A stretch of 64,000 bases of DNA, taken from contig CM097886.1 of assembly GCA_044892525.1 (NCBI GenBank), forward strand, positions 11,098,001-11,162,000, in the 5' to 3' direction. The stretch comes from Schmidtea polychroa (taxonomy: Eukaryota). Below the pieces are notes generated by a model. The model was not told where the DNA came from, searched no databases, and worked only from the letters and a program-made list of their open reading frames with translations. Positions 50,142 through 63,852 of the stretch are shown one piece after another. Within the stretch, counting starts at the first letter, position 1. Every line of letters starts with the position of its first letter. The position numbers and the translations under genes are program-made.

Positions 50142-53100
50142 GTGGGGAGCGAAACTTCAACTCATAGTTCACCAGTTAGAGTAAGATATTGGAGGGGAAA
50201 TGATTCAAATCAAGATTTAAATCAAAACTTTCTAAATTCAAAAATTGAAACCAAGTATAATTATTTATTTTCTACGAGTGGATTCAAAAGAATGATTAAA
50301 GATGTAATAAGGGAGTTGGAAGAAAATCAAGAAGATCGTGAACAACAATTAGGAGAATCAAATTTAATTTTCCATTCTTTCCAAAGTATTGAAATAAATT
50401 GTTGGAAGGGAAGACTACCAATTCGTAAATCTTATATTCCAACACCATTTATTTCTAAATATATTATAAATGTTAAAAATAGAGATAACAAATGTTTCCT
50501 ATGGGCAATTTTATCAGCTCTACATCCACAACAACATAATTCAGAGCGAGTATCTAAATATCGACAATATGAAAATGAAATAATATTTTGGGAAGATTTT
50601 GAACATCCAATGAAAATAGAACACATATCAAAATTTGAAAAGTTGAATAATCTTAGAATTAATATTTATGAATTAGAATCTTAGAATGGTAAGGAAATCA
50701 TACCAATTTATATTTCGAAACAAACAATTTCTGAAACAAGTTTTAGGTCTGAAACAATTAGTCTACTAATGTTAGAAAAGGATTCAATTGATTCAACTGG
50801 TTTAATTTCTCATTATGTTTGGATACAAAATTTTCAAGGTTTTATAAGATCTCAATCATCAACCTCTCATAGTGTTAGAGGACACACTTGTGAAAGATGT
50901 CTTTCTTATACAACTTCTGAAAATGTAAAAATAAAACATGAAAGATTATGTCAACAAATTGAACCAGCATTAATTAAAATGCCAAAAAATCCTGAGATGA
51001 AATTTAAAAACTATTCAAATTTATTAGAATCTCTTGTTACAATTTATGGAGATTTTGAAACTATTAATACAAAACAAAACCTAGAACAAGAATACATGAA
51101 TGTTATAGAAAGAAATGATCTAACCGAGTCTTGGAATGAATACAATTCCAACTTGGATTCCTCTCTCTCTCTCCAAACTTGGATGAATCAAATAGAATGA
51201 AAACTTTCTCAAGATGAATAAAAAATCTTTTACAATAACAATAACCCAACCACTTCCATCTGCATATAATTTATTCATCAAAACTAATTATCCTAAATTG
51301 GTTAAATCATTTGAAATATCATATCGAGGAACTTCAGCACAAGATACTTTAGATCATTTTGTTACAAATATAAATACTTTGGAACACTTATTATTTAAAA
51401 AATTACAAACCAATTATCCAATACATTTTTCATCACATCAACGAATTGAATATCAAAATTCTGAAATTTGTTGGATGTGTAAGCAAGACCTTTTAGATGT
51501 TACAAACCCAAAAGTTCCTGATCATGATAATTTTAAAAAGAGAAATAAATATAGAAGTGCAACACATAAATTATGTAATTTAAATTGTAAAAATCCAAAA
51601 TTCATACTAATCATATTTCACAATCTTGGTTATGATGTACATTTATTCATAAAACATTTAGCAATCAATGCAAAAAATAGTTTAAAGGTTATTGGATTGA
51701 CAAAAGAAAATTACAAGTGTGTAGAGTATGGATGTTTAAAATTCATAGATTCATTAAATTTCTTTAGAACAAGTTTAGATTCAATTGCAAAAACAATGAG
51801 ATTTGATCAAAATTTTAAATATACCACAGAAAATGTTTTAATTAAAAATATTATTCCAATGTGTTGGGGTTAGAGCAAAAACAAAATAAATTTCACAGGG
51901 TACCAGAAAGCAGAACAAAAATTGGTAAAATCAATATAAGTACAAAATTAATTAAAATTTAATAAAAATTAAAAATCAATATCGAACGGGGGTATCGGGT
52001 ATGGTTGAATGCCAAATTGTGAGACGCGGTTAGAAAGTATAATAAAAATGTAATAGGGTGACCATAGAAAAAGTTAATAAGGGAAAACAAATTAATTAAA
52101 ATTAATTAATCTGTAATGGAAAGCCCGAGCCAATGGAAAGCCCGAGCCCATGGGAAACCCGAGCATTGAAGAAAACCCGATGCGCAGTGAGACCCGAGAC
52201 ACCAGATAAGGGAATAACAATTCGAATAATAATTGCAGGGTAAATAAATTAAAATAATTGTCGAACCGTTCAAAATTTACTTAGGGTGCCCGGGGAAACA
52301 ATTAATTTCATTTTGTTAGATAATGGGCCTCTTAAAAACAGTATAAAAGGAGATCTTAGAAATGAGCAAGCCGCCATTTGGTCGAAGAGAAAAAGGAAAA
52401 AGTTAAACAGAAAATCCAGCAAGGACAAGTCAAAAGAGGAAATTTGTGAATTATAAAGAAGCTAGATCGTAGAAGAAAAGGTAATTACCCCTTGGGTTTC
52501 TTACCTTAGCGAACCAAATTCAAATTGAGAGAAAGGTGCAAATAGTGACAAATTGTAATTGTGATAAAAAGCGAATAAAGTTATTCTGTGTTGAGTTTTC
52601 ATTGATTTGATAAAATAAGGACACGAGGAGTCAGAGAAAGGACCGACTTACAAATAAAAACTCAACAAATGGAAGAATATCAAACTTGTTTAGCTAAAAG
52701 AATATATCCATATGATTATATGGATTCATTTGATAAATATCTCATAACAGAATTACCACATGAAAATTTTTATTCAATATTAAATCAATCAATTACATCA
52801 CAACAAGAGGATTCAAGAGCTAGAAAAATGTGAGAATTGTTTGATTGTGAAACTATGGGTGATTACACAGATGTATAAGTTTGGATGTTTATATTCTTGC
52901 AGATTGTTTCGAAAATTTTGTAAAAAGATTTCCTTTGAAACCTTACAACTAATAACTCTACCTTCATTAGCTTGGGATATATGATTATATGGTATGATTG
53001 GTTCAATTGAATTACTAACTGATGTAAACATGTTCAACATGATAAAAAATAATATCCGTGGAGGAATTAGTTATATAATGGGTGAAAGATATATCACTGC

Positions 53101-53537
53101 AATGAATTATAAATATATTTACAGAACTTTAGGACAAGAACCAGTTGTAGAAATTCAAAATGAGCAAGAATACGAAGTAATAAAAGAATGTTTAAATAAT
53201 CCATGTGAAATTTTATACATTGATGCAACAGCTTTATATTCAGGGACTATGACTCAATATTTACCATTTAAATCCTTTGAATGGCAAGAACCAACAAATG
53301 AATTAATCAACAATATATTAGGAATTCGTAAAAATTCTAATATTGGATATTTTCTAGAAGTATATTTAGAATATAGAGATAATATAAAATACAAAACAAA
53401 TTATTTCCATTTCCACCAAGAAGGTTAAATGAAGATGAATTATCCAAATGGCAAAAAGAGAAATGAACAAGAAAAAATTGTTACTAGCACAAAATTATTA
53501 TGTGATCAAACCAACAGAGTAAACTATCTTGTACATT
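50142..53537 (+). pseudogene. polB: Polinton protein-primed DNA polymerase B, disrupted
   Basis: INVKNRDNKCFLWAIL, HYVWIQNF, YGDFET, CWMC..DHD, IFHNLGYDVH, KFIDSLNFF.TSLDSI, KRIYPYDYMDSFDK, IRGGIS, ILYIDATALYS..M..LP, GYFLEVYLEY. Confidence 0.93.
51862..52667 (+). mobile_element. Solo LTR inserted in polB
   Basis: TGTTGGGG...CTCAACA; 4-bp TSD AATG (51858-61, 52668-71); removal joins IIPM to EEYQ..KRIYPYDY. Confidence 0.92.
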
Positions 53538-53760
53538 AGTAGGTAGTTATGTGCACTCCAGATCCAGACCCCCCCCTTTTTTTTTAAATTTTTAAAATAC
53601 CCCCCCCCCTACTTTTTTTAAATTTATTTTTTGTTTTGACTATCGATTACGTAATAATTTTAGGCTTTTGTCTTAATTATCGATTACGTAATATTTTAAT
53701 TTTGTTTTAATCATTGATTACATTATATTTTATTTTGTTTAAATCGTCGATTATGTAATA
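53538..53760 (+). mobile_element. Polinton-like terminus (AGTAGGTAG) truncating polB
   Basis: Starts right after VNYLVH; continues ATGTGCACTCCAGAT plus C-run, shared with 61262-61400; ATCGATTACG repeats related to 42050-42440. Confidence 0.6.
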
Positions 53761-55478
53761 TTTTTAAAGGGGTTAAAATTATAGTCATTTAAATGGATTT
53801 TAATAAATTGTATTAGTTAGATATTATCTTTTACAGATACTTATCGATAAAATATTAATCTTTAAAGATGGATAGATATTTTAAGGAAATTTGAGGCTTT
53901 TTAGATGATTTTAGTGGATAAATTACTTTGATATAAAAAGAATGTTCAATATTGTCATATAAATGAATTTTCTGGTATATTAGATGTTATCATTAGAGGA
54001 CTTATATCAGTTTCCTTTGGAAATTAATGATAATTATTTAGATATTTTTAGTCTAGATTGACTTTGATAATTTGTAATGCATTTATACTGAATTTTCTGA
54101 ATAATTTGAGCAATCAGTCAATCAATTTGAGTACACATGTGATAAAATACTTTTAAAAAATCATTAAAATTACTTTATAAATAACTTGAATGATTAGTAT
54201 TTAAGATAAATATTTATTGGATTATCAATGACTATAATTTCAAGTTCTTTCTTGTCGATTAATTGACTTTTTATTTACTATGTTTTGAATAATTTAAATG
54301 TTTTACATGTTATTTTTACAATAATTTCATCAATTTTTACCTAGTTATTTGAAATCTTACGAGTATGATACCTTGAATTCANNNNNNNNNNNNNNNNNNN
54401 NNNNNNNNNNNNNNNNNNNNNNNNNNNNNNNNNNNNNNNNNNNNNNNNNNNNNNNNNNNNNNNNNNNNNNNNNNNNNNNNNNNNNNNNNNNNNNNNNNNN
54501 NNNNNNNNNNNNNNNNNNNNNNNNNNNNTTCTTCAATGAAGAATAAGTTTCTTTTAAATTTATTTGTTAACACCTAGTTGTAAGTGCTTAGTACTTGGTA
54601 GTTGTTAGTGAGTAGTTGAAAATACTTGGTGGGTGATTGAATTTAGGTTGGTACTTAGTAGATAGTGGTTAGTACCTATTCGGTAACAGGTTGTTGGTAT
54701 TTGGTAACAGGTTGTTGGTATTTGGTAACAGGTTGTTTGTATCTAGTTGTATGTATCCAGTTGTTGTTGTTGTTGTTGGTATCTAGTTATATGTATCCAG
54801 TTGTTGTTGTTGTTATTGATATCTTGTACTATGTAAACGGTAACTAATTGTTAGTGTCTAGTTGTAAGTACTTGGTTGTTAGATTAATTTAATTAATGTT
54901 ATTTACTTATGCTTAAATATTTTTATAAAGATATTAAATTTTTGGTAATAATTTATGTAAGAAAACTAAATTTCCAATAATAAATAAAAGTATTTTCAAG
55001 TAATAATATTTATTTTACAGTTCATCGTCTTTATATAATCATTTTTACGAAAAATAATTTAATTATAACTTGTTTAAAACTTTGTTTAAATATAAAAATA
55101 AATTTAATAGTTAGTTTTTTAAATTCAAAGTAAAGTTAATTTGTATATAAAATAATTTTATAACTATTATAGAACAGAATTTCAAAATTATTTATTCAAT
55201 ACTATTTATGATAAAATTTTAGTGGATTTTTTGAAAATTCTTTCGTTTCTATCCAGAGAACTACAGTTTATTGTTCGCGAAACTTTATCTCAGCCATTCT
55301 CAGTGGGTAGTTAAACTTTAAATAATAAATGTGATATAAATTTATAGATGAATCCAACTTACTGTCATTACCTGTGGATATATAAATGAAATTCGGAAAG
55401 AACTAGGTTTATTTCTTTATCCTAATAAAAATATTTTATTAATTAATTTAAAGGATGCTCATATTCTGTTTTATTAGA

Positions 55479-55796
55479 AGTAGGGTAATGTGTGGAGCCG
55501 GGAACAAAGACATATGACGTCATCAATGACGTAACAAAGACATATGACGTCATACCCCGGGGTGGGGTTTCTTTAAAAAATTTTATTAAATTTTTTTAAA
55601 AAAATTACGTAATAAAGACATATTACGTAACAAAGACATATTATGCAACAAAGACAGATTACATAACAAAGACATATTACGCGTTCATAAATTATTAAAG
55701 GATAAATAAGGTCAAACTTTCAAAGCAGGGTATCATTCGAAAGGTCTTTAAGAGATCTATGCAAAGGTTTCACCCGGTTCCACACATTACCCTACT
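55479..55796. mobile_element. ~320-bp miniature element with Polinton-type TIRs
   Basis: AGTAGGGTAATGTGTGGAGCCGGG ... CCCGGTTCCACACATTACCCTACT (24 bp, 1 mismatch); no clean TSD. Confidence 0.7.
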
Positions 55797-55924
55797 CTAC
55801 TGTTTTTTCTCTCTCTTTTTCACCCCTTTGTCTCTTTTCTCTTTGTCCGATTGGGATTTAAGTGTAACCATGTATAGGCAGAATTTAATTCTCTACAAAA
55901 TGGCTCAATTACAATTTTAGTTTG

Positions 55925-56770
55925 TCGCTTTGTGTGTAATACACACATGTTTTTACGATAAATTTGTATTTTTCGCGCGGGTAACGTAATTTTCTTGGAT
56001 TTTTATTCATATATTATATAGATAAAATTTAATTTTCTATAAAATGGATTGATTAGAAATTATGTATCTTGTTTTGTGTGTAATGCACACATGTTTTATG
56101 ATAAATTTGTATTTATTATACGTTAACGTAATTTCCTTGGATGTTTATTCATATATTATATAGATAAAATTTAATTTTCTATAAAATAGCTTGATTAAAA
56201 ATTATGTCTCGTATGTTGTGTGTAATACACACATGTTTTTACGATAAATTTGTATTTTTCGCGCGGGTAACGTAATTTTCTTGGATTTTTATTCATATAT
56301 TATATAGATAAAATTTAATTTTCTATAAAATGGATTGATTAGAAATTATGTATCTTGTTTTGTGTGTAATACACACATGTTTTATGATAAATTTGTATTT
56401 ATTATACGTTAACGTAATTTCCTTGGATGTTTATTCATATATTATATAGATAAAATTTAATTTTCTATAAAATAGCTTGATTAAAAATTATGTCACGTAT
56501 GTTGTGTGTAATACACACATGTTTTTACGATAAATTTGTATTTTTCATACAGTTAACGTAATTTTCTTAGGATTTTATTCATATAATATATAGATAAAAT
56601 TTAATTTTCTATAAAATGGATTGATTAGAAATTATGTATCTTGTTTTGTGTGTAATACACACACATGTTTTTACGATAAATTTGTATTTATTATACGTTA
56701 ACGTAATTTCCTTGTATATTTATTCATATATTATAGAGATAAAATTTAATTTTCTATAAAATGGATTGAT
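55925..56770. repeat. ~143-bp tandem repeat, 6 units alternating 144 and 142 bp
   Basis: TGTGTG anchor at 55931, 56075, 56217, 56361, 56503 and 56647; units centred on TGTGTGTAATACACACA. Confidence 0.93.
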
Positions 56771-57299
56771 CTAGAGTTTAAAATGTTGTATTATTTTATT
56801 ACTTTGTTGCAACATTTTTATAATCTTATAACAATTTGCTTAAATATTTTACACCTGGTGAAATATTTCCGAAATATGTTATTACTTTGTTGTAATTTAC
56901 TGAAAGACTTCACAATTTATTACAATATTCTTTTTAATTTGTTGTCCGTTTTCGAAATAATGTATTGATTTGTCCCAATTAACATCATTATTTTATTACT
57001 TTGTTGCAGTATTTTTATTATTTTAGTTACAATTTGATAAATATTTTACAACTTTGTTGAAATTTTCTGAAATATGTTACTACTTTGTTGTAATATTTTC
57101 TAATCTTGTTACAATTTGCTTAAATATTTTACAACTGTTGAAAATTTATCTGAAATATGTTATTACTTTGTTACAATTTTATGAAAAACGTTATTACTGT
57201 TTTGCAATTTGATGAAAAATGATATTACTTTGTGGGTTCATCACATTATTTTGATTAAATTATTATGAAAATGTTAAATAAGTCAACTTTAGCGTCAAA

Positions 57300-57738
57300 A
57301 TGTGTTTTAAAATACTGCAACGTAATGCATTTATTTATCCTACCCCTTCCTTGATTTTGATTGGTCAGAACCCCGAAGACGAAGCCGGTTTCGGTGGAGT
57401 GGCAAAATTAAACAAAAGAGTTCCGAATTCGAAAAAGGAAACCCAGAAGTGGTTATCAGACCAGCTTGCGTACAGTTTGAACAAACCAATGCAGAAACGA
57501 TTCCCAACAAGAGTATATAAAACATATGGAATAAATGATTTATGGCAAATGGATTTGATGGAGATGATACCCTATTCGAAAATTAACAATGGGTATAAAT
57601 ATATTTTAACATGTATTGATGTATTCAGTCGGTTTGCCCGAGCAATACCCGTCAAGGCAAAATCTGCAGAAGAAATGTCTAAAGCTGTTAATGATTTATT
57701 TAAAGATGGACATCCTAATAACTTGCAAACGGACTTAG

Positions 57739-57788
<50 letters not shown>

Positions 57789-58423
57789 TTAGGTAAAGAA
57801 TTCTACAACAGTAAAGTCAAAATAAAGTCAAATCCTCAATAAATTGAAAATAAACCATTACTCGGTACATTCTCAATACAAAGCTGCTCATGTTAAAAGA
57901 TTTAACAGAACATTGAGAGATCGATTAAAGAAATTGTTCGTGCATCAAGGTAATAAAAAATGGGTATTGGTATTACCAAAAATAATAACCAGTTATAATC
58001 ATTCATCACATCGAGGACTGAATGGATTAAGACCGATTGATATCACTTCAAAAACAATCTATTCTAAAAAACCTGTAAAAATTACAAAACCGAAATATAA
58101 AGTAGGTGACCATGTTAGAATTAGTAAAATTAGTGCATCACCATTTATTAAAAATTTCGATACAAATTGGAGTGATGAAGTCTTTGTAATTTCAAAAATA
58201 AATACTAGCCAGAGTCCTGTAATGTATGTCATCAGTGATTATGATAACAATATTGTACAAGGAAAATTTTATGAGCAAGAATTACAAGTCATTCCTCCTC
58301 CAAAAGTATTTAGAATTCAAAAGATATTGAAAACTAAAAAGGTCGGCAAGGATAAACAATACTATGTCAAATAGCATGGTTATCAAAACCCATCATGGAT
58401 ATCAGAAAAGGATCTAGTAAAGT
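57300..58423 (+). pseudogene. Polinton retroviral-like integrase with C-terminal chromodomain; probable 54-nt intron 57739-57792
   Basis: LWQMDL, YKYILTCIDVFSRFA, LQTDLG|KEFYN, KAAHVKRFNRTL, YNHSSH, NWSDEVF, FYEQELQ, YYVK*HGY...SW. Confidence 0.92.
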
Positions 58424-59436
58424 GAATTTTTATACTATTTTACCAAGCAATAGTTGCCCGCTTATTCATCCAGACAATCAAGCCAGTAAATTCATGGTCA
58501 ATCTCCAGAATCCGATTTCTTTAAATGGTGACTGGGAAGTTGCACTGCAAGATTTTACATTCGTGTACAATACATTCCCAATTTATAGTCAATGTAAGAT
58601 TGATTTCAAGAGGAATGCTATGAAAACATGTAGTGGTATCTTTATTATCAGTAATTATGATAAAACATATCATATTCCGAATCAAATATTAGATCAGCAT
58701 TGCTCTATGTTTTACAAGGATGGATTAAATATCAGTTGTGATTTTAAACCATTTACAATAAAATTCGACTATATTGAAGATGCCAAACATTTGGGTTGCA
58801 ATAAGTTGAAAAATGAAGTTATAAAACAGAATATTTATTACGCTTTGATCTATTTGAAGCAAACAGTGTAATGAGAGAAGAAATCAAAATATCAGTGTCG
58901 TATAATAATGAAGTTGAAGAATCATTCACCTTTGCTGACGAATTATATATTGATAAAATTGATGTGTTACTTAAATATTTAAAGTACAATTGTTCACACA
59001 TATTTAAAAGTTTGGACATTGTGAAAGATTTGTTATTTACATTCAGTTTGAATGATGATATATGCGAAGTTACATTTGATAAAAATTTGACAAATACACT
59101 TGGATTAGAGAAGCAGCAATATCGGGAAAATCGGCTGGAATACGTAAACCAAGAATACTAGAACATCATCAACAAATGTTCATATATACTAACATTATCG
59201 AACCCATAATTGTTGGTGATTCCAGTGTTCCTCTTTTGAAATCGGTAAGGATTGGAAAATATGAACATGATGAAGTTGTCAATATAAATATCGATAATAT
59301 AATGTATTTACCAATAGCAAGTTCATGTATAAACAATATAGAAATAAATATTCGTGATGATAGTGGAAAACTTATAAACTTTCCAAAAGGTTCAAAAACT
59401 CATTTGACACTACATTTCCGTAAAGTAGATGGCTAA
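58420..59436 (+). pseudogene. Polinton minor capsid protein (penton/PZ), frameshifted
   Basis: FYTILPSNS..HPDN.ASKF.V.L..PISLNGDWEVAL; C-terminal FIYTNIIEPIIVGDSSVPLL..YLPI..IEINIRDDSG. Confidence 0.85.
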
Positions 59437-59750
59437 TTCCGATATTATTAGTATGTATAGTGATAGCCAATCTGGCGGTGAATTACCATATTTTATTGGT
59501 AAACAGTACGGATCAGGTTGGTTAAAAACAATAGGGAGATTTGCACTTCCTATTCTTAAACGTATTGGTAGTTTTGGTATGAAATTGCTAAAGACGTGAT
59601 TATGAATGAACAGAAAATATTACCATCCCTAAAAACAAATGCTTTAGCTGAGTTAGGTATGGTTCTACCTGGAGTTGCTGGTATGTTTCAAAAAGATACG
59701 CCTCCAGCAAGCGCTCCAAAACGTAAAGGACATGCAATATCGCGTATAAA
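59429..59750 (+). pseudogene. Polinton PW-like basic core protein
   Basis: QSGGELPYFIGKQYGSGWLKTIGRFALPILKRIG. Confidence 0.75.
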
Positions 59751-59753
59751 CAA

Positions 59754-60060
59754 ATGAATGAAAGGACATGGAACTATATTTGCAAAATGATTTGTGGTAA
59801 ATCCGAATTATGTATATTCGATAGACCATCGCCTCAAGCGGTAATCGAATTTGGGGCCTTTGAGGAAGTTTTTCCTATGAATTCAATTACTGATAGTAGA
59901 AATGATATCGAGTTTTATATTAATGGTTCGCAAACTGAATATTTAGATTTGAACGATACTTTATTGACTGTTCAGATCAAGGTTGTAGATAAAGATAGAA
60001 AGGTTTTGGATGTCAATGCTGATGTATTACCAAACAATTTCCTGTTTCATACTCTGTTTA
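59754..60060 (+). pseudogene. Polinton major capsid protein (PY), N-terminus only
   Basis: KSELCIFDRPSPQ..EEVFPMNSI..IEFYINGS.TEYLDLNDTLL..PNNFLFHTLF. Confidence 0.85.
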
Positions 60061-61832
60061 GAGCATCTAGAGCATCGGTATATAAATATCATGTAAAACC
60101 AACCCCCATTATAATATTATTCGAAAAAATAAAAATAGAATAAACAAAACACAAGAATTAGTTAAAACAAATTCAATTAAAAAATTTTCATCATATAAAT
60201 TTATCATTAATAAAATCAAACTCATCTTACCCAACTCCTATTATAATATTATTCGAATACAAATTTTAATTTATTTTATTAACCATTAATTCGAATTAAT
60301 CTTCTTATTTATTAATTATTAGTTTGCTAAATACTCACTCAAAACAAACGCATTCAATTCTAATTCCATAGCATCCAAGATATATTAGTCAGACGTCTTC
60401 AACTTATCCCGTGTAATATCGAGACCCACGGTTCCGATCCGTAACTTCCGAAACTTGATGACCACGAGACAACATATAACACAACACCATACAGATTCCT
60501 TTAAGTGACAACCCGTTAATTCCCTATTTTGGCAATATTCGAAATTAACGCTTACTGAAATAGTGACATCATTCTGATCAAGGGCACGCTTACACCCACA
60601 AACACAAAATCAGTGAATCAGCACACAAACTTTCAAGCAGCTACAACACACTAAATCCAATCGGGACAGACAAACGCTCCTGATTAATTGCCGGTTGGTG
60701 TAGAACAACATCGTTAACAATTTTACAATGATTAATTATAATTTGTGAAGTTGTATGCAACCATTTCAAGCGGGATTTTTATTTATTTTATCAATGGTAT
60801 TTTTGGTGTATAACAAATCAATTAAAACGGAATATGCGTCTAAGATACGGTTGGCAGATTCAACATTCACAGAAAAATACAGAATGCAGTAACTGATTCT
60901 CGTGAAATTCTCTTATTCGTTCAACGGAACTCATCTGTTTGGATTAATTTATGCGATTATCGGATTTTTCATTAATGTCTTCTAAATCGGAAAACCTTGG
61001 ATATTATCGTGCGATACATCTTTCGTTGCTTGTTTTACGCTACATTATTGCAATGATGTTCGTCTTGATTGTAATTATTTTTAATGTTCGTCTTGATTGT
61101 AATTATTTTTACTGTTCACTGGCTAAGCTATTTTATGATTTTCTCGTTTGGTTAATTTACTTGTAAATTGTTCCTAGTTTTGGAAGATGATGCTACCAAT
61201 GAAATCCTCAACTGTTTTCCTTCTGGCACCTTTGATATTGTTAAATTCGATTGTTCTATAACGTAGGTGCACTCCACTATGTGCACTCCAGATTCAGATA
61301 CACCCCCCATAATTTTTTTAATTTTTTTTTAATTTTAACTTTTGTTTTAATTATCGATTATGAAATAATTTTAATTTTATTTAAATCATTGATTACGTCA
61401 TAGATTTTGATTTTTTATAAGACTTTTTTATGCCAATATACTTGAAATTTAATTCTCTATTAAATGAGACTATAACGAAATCAAAATTCTGAAATTTCAT
61501 TTTTAGTACACCATTTTTGAAATTTACATATCTTTTAAACAAATATACATCTTTCTCATTCATTCATTCATCTTTATTGAAATATTTACAACCCAACATG
61601 TTTTAGTTATCAATAAATTGAGTAAGGGTAAGAAATTATTTAGAATCAACAAGTAACAAACCTTAGTGTAATAGATGTTAATACATATTACAATAAACCC
61701 ACTCACATGCGTATACAAATATTAAAACACGCACATATTAACATTATTTCGTACACACGCACAAATTAATATTATTCAATACATACAAGTCATAGAGGTT
61801 AAGCCTATACCAGCCAATGAAAAGCATGCATT

Positions 61833-62882
61833 TATTGGGTTTTTGGTTAATTTAAGTCGGTTCCCTCTGACTCCTCATGTCCTTTAAATCAAAACAATAA
61901 CGACCCAACGTATATTGAAATAACAAATTCACAATCTTTTCGCACCGCTTTACAATTAATAACCAAAGTTACGTTTGACCGATTCTCCGCTCGGTGTTGA
62001 TGCTTTGATAAAGATAATATTCACCTTTTATTCTCTTAGGTTCTCTTGACCAACGTTTTCCTCTTTTTCTATTTGATTTGATCCTTTTCACGCTTTTATT
62101 CTTATTCTATCTCTTCTTTTACCCTAATCTCCTAAATTCGTTTACGCCTTTTCCTAAGCTCGGTTTCTTCTTACCCTACCTGAGGCAAAATGCCGATTTG
62201 CTCTGATTATCCCTTTCCTTATATATCCTCGAAATCGGGATGACAAATGGTTATTGCTGAGCCAATCTTTCACTTGACATTTGCTTCCACGTATCTGCTT
62301 CGGCTGTCAACCATAAGGGTCCAACGAACCAAAATAATTAATGGCCCGTCCGGCCTTTCTACACGCACTATCTTCTTGATCTTTTCCAATTAATCATTGT
62401 GTCAAGCTAATGGGCCCAAATCTTTCTTCTGTTTACTTCTCTTCTTGTTTACCCAGCTCAGGTTTCCTTCATCTCTCGGGTTCTCTATTGGCTCGGGTTT
62501 CCCATTAGCTTGGGTTGTCTATTAGCCAATTAATTAATTAACATTTTCTGTTTTTACACATTTGAATGCTTTTCGACTCTTCCTAACCATTTTCTGATAA
62601 ATCCCTAACCATCATCTTGTTGACCATTAGCTACTCTATACCTGTCCCGTTTTCCCAATTCGATTTCGATGATTTTACCATTTATTTATTTTTCTCGGAT
62701 TTCCGGATTCTTGCCTTTCGTAATTGCTTTGGCATTTTCTAATACTGCTTCCATCACACTTTCCTTTACTATCGATTCTGTGCACGATCCCGCTTTTATT
62801 TGTCTTTTTTCTTCACTTACTTTTTATTTAAATTATTAACCTAAATTTCATTTAGATTTATTTTAATTTACGGACCTCAACA
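61833..62882 (-). mobile_element. LTR related to 51862-52667, opposite orientation
   Basis: TAAGTCGGTTCCCTCTGACTCCTCATGTCCTT and GGCTCGGGTTTCCCA blocks match; right end CCTCAACA; no matching TSD. Confidence 0.65.
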
Positions 62883-62901
62883 TATATATTAATACTAATA
62901 C

Positions 62902-62936
<35 letters not shown>

Positions 62937-63299
62937 TCTTTAGAAATAATAATGATAATAATAAGATATAAGGCTTGTTCGAAAGGTCTTGCATTAGGCT
63001 TTAAAATGAGCTATCGTTCAATAATTTTCGTTAGCGGGAACTATGTAAATTTAAATTTTAAAATATGATCTTGAAAAAAAAATAATAAAATAGTCAAATG
63101 ATCTTGAAAAATGGTCTCGGGAAAATGTTAATAACTTTACCAATAATAACGATCACCTCTATAGCTCATTCGAAAGGTCTTGCACTAAGCTTCAAAATAA
63201 GCTATCGTTCGATGAAATAAAATGATAGGAACAATAACGTTTTGCATGCCAAATAGTAGGGCACCGCTAGCACACTTAATAATATTTTGTGAAAAATAA

Positions 63300-63852
63300 T
63301 AACAAAATAATAATAATGAGTCATCGCGATGAGTCATATGACCTTGAAATGACATTGATTATTCACGGCCTTTGTTTAAATGGCCTTGAAAAATTTTGAC
63401 CTTGACGAGGCATTGGATGAGTCATATGACCTTGATGATTCATGTCTTTGTTTAAAATTTAACCTTGAAAAAAATTTCTTGTCGCGGGGGGGGGTGCTAG
63501 CGATGCCCAATCCATCTACTCAAGAGCATATCCCTAACACTATATAGGATGTATGTGCCCTACTTATTGTATAAACTATTCTATCGGGGACTGTTCTTTA
63601 CAAATATAGGTGTCTGTGACCTACTTATGTTATATAATGTGTAGCGGGGACTGTTTCAAAGATGACTTGACTTAAAATTTGATTAATTTTGACTTGAAAT
63701 ACATAAAAAAAATCCATGAAAACAGAAAAATTAGGTGAAAAACTTAAAAAATACCATAACCTACATAAAATTACTAGTTGACCTACTTAAAAATATTAAG
63801 CAAAAAATTCCTCAGTGGGGGGTCTGTACCCACGAGGACCAATCCATCTACT
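63300..63852 (-). mobile_element. Two stacked Polinton-like termini ending at 63520 and 63852
   Basis: CCAATCCATCTACT occurs twice; the inner arm has ATGAGTCAT and TGACCTTGA motifs. Confidence 0.7.

Noticed and set aside
60340-60720. Possible second Penelope GIY-YIG remnant (YISQTS...)
   Set aside because: Similarity too weak and fragmentary to call by eye.
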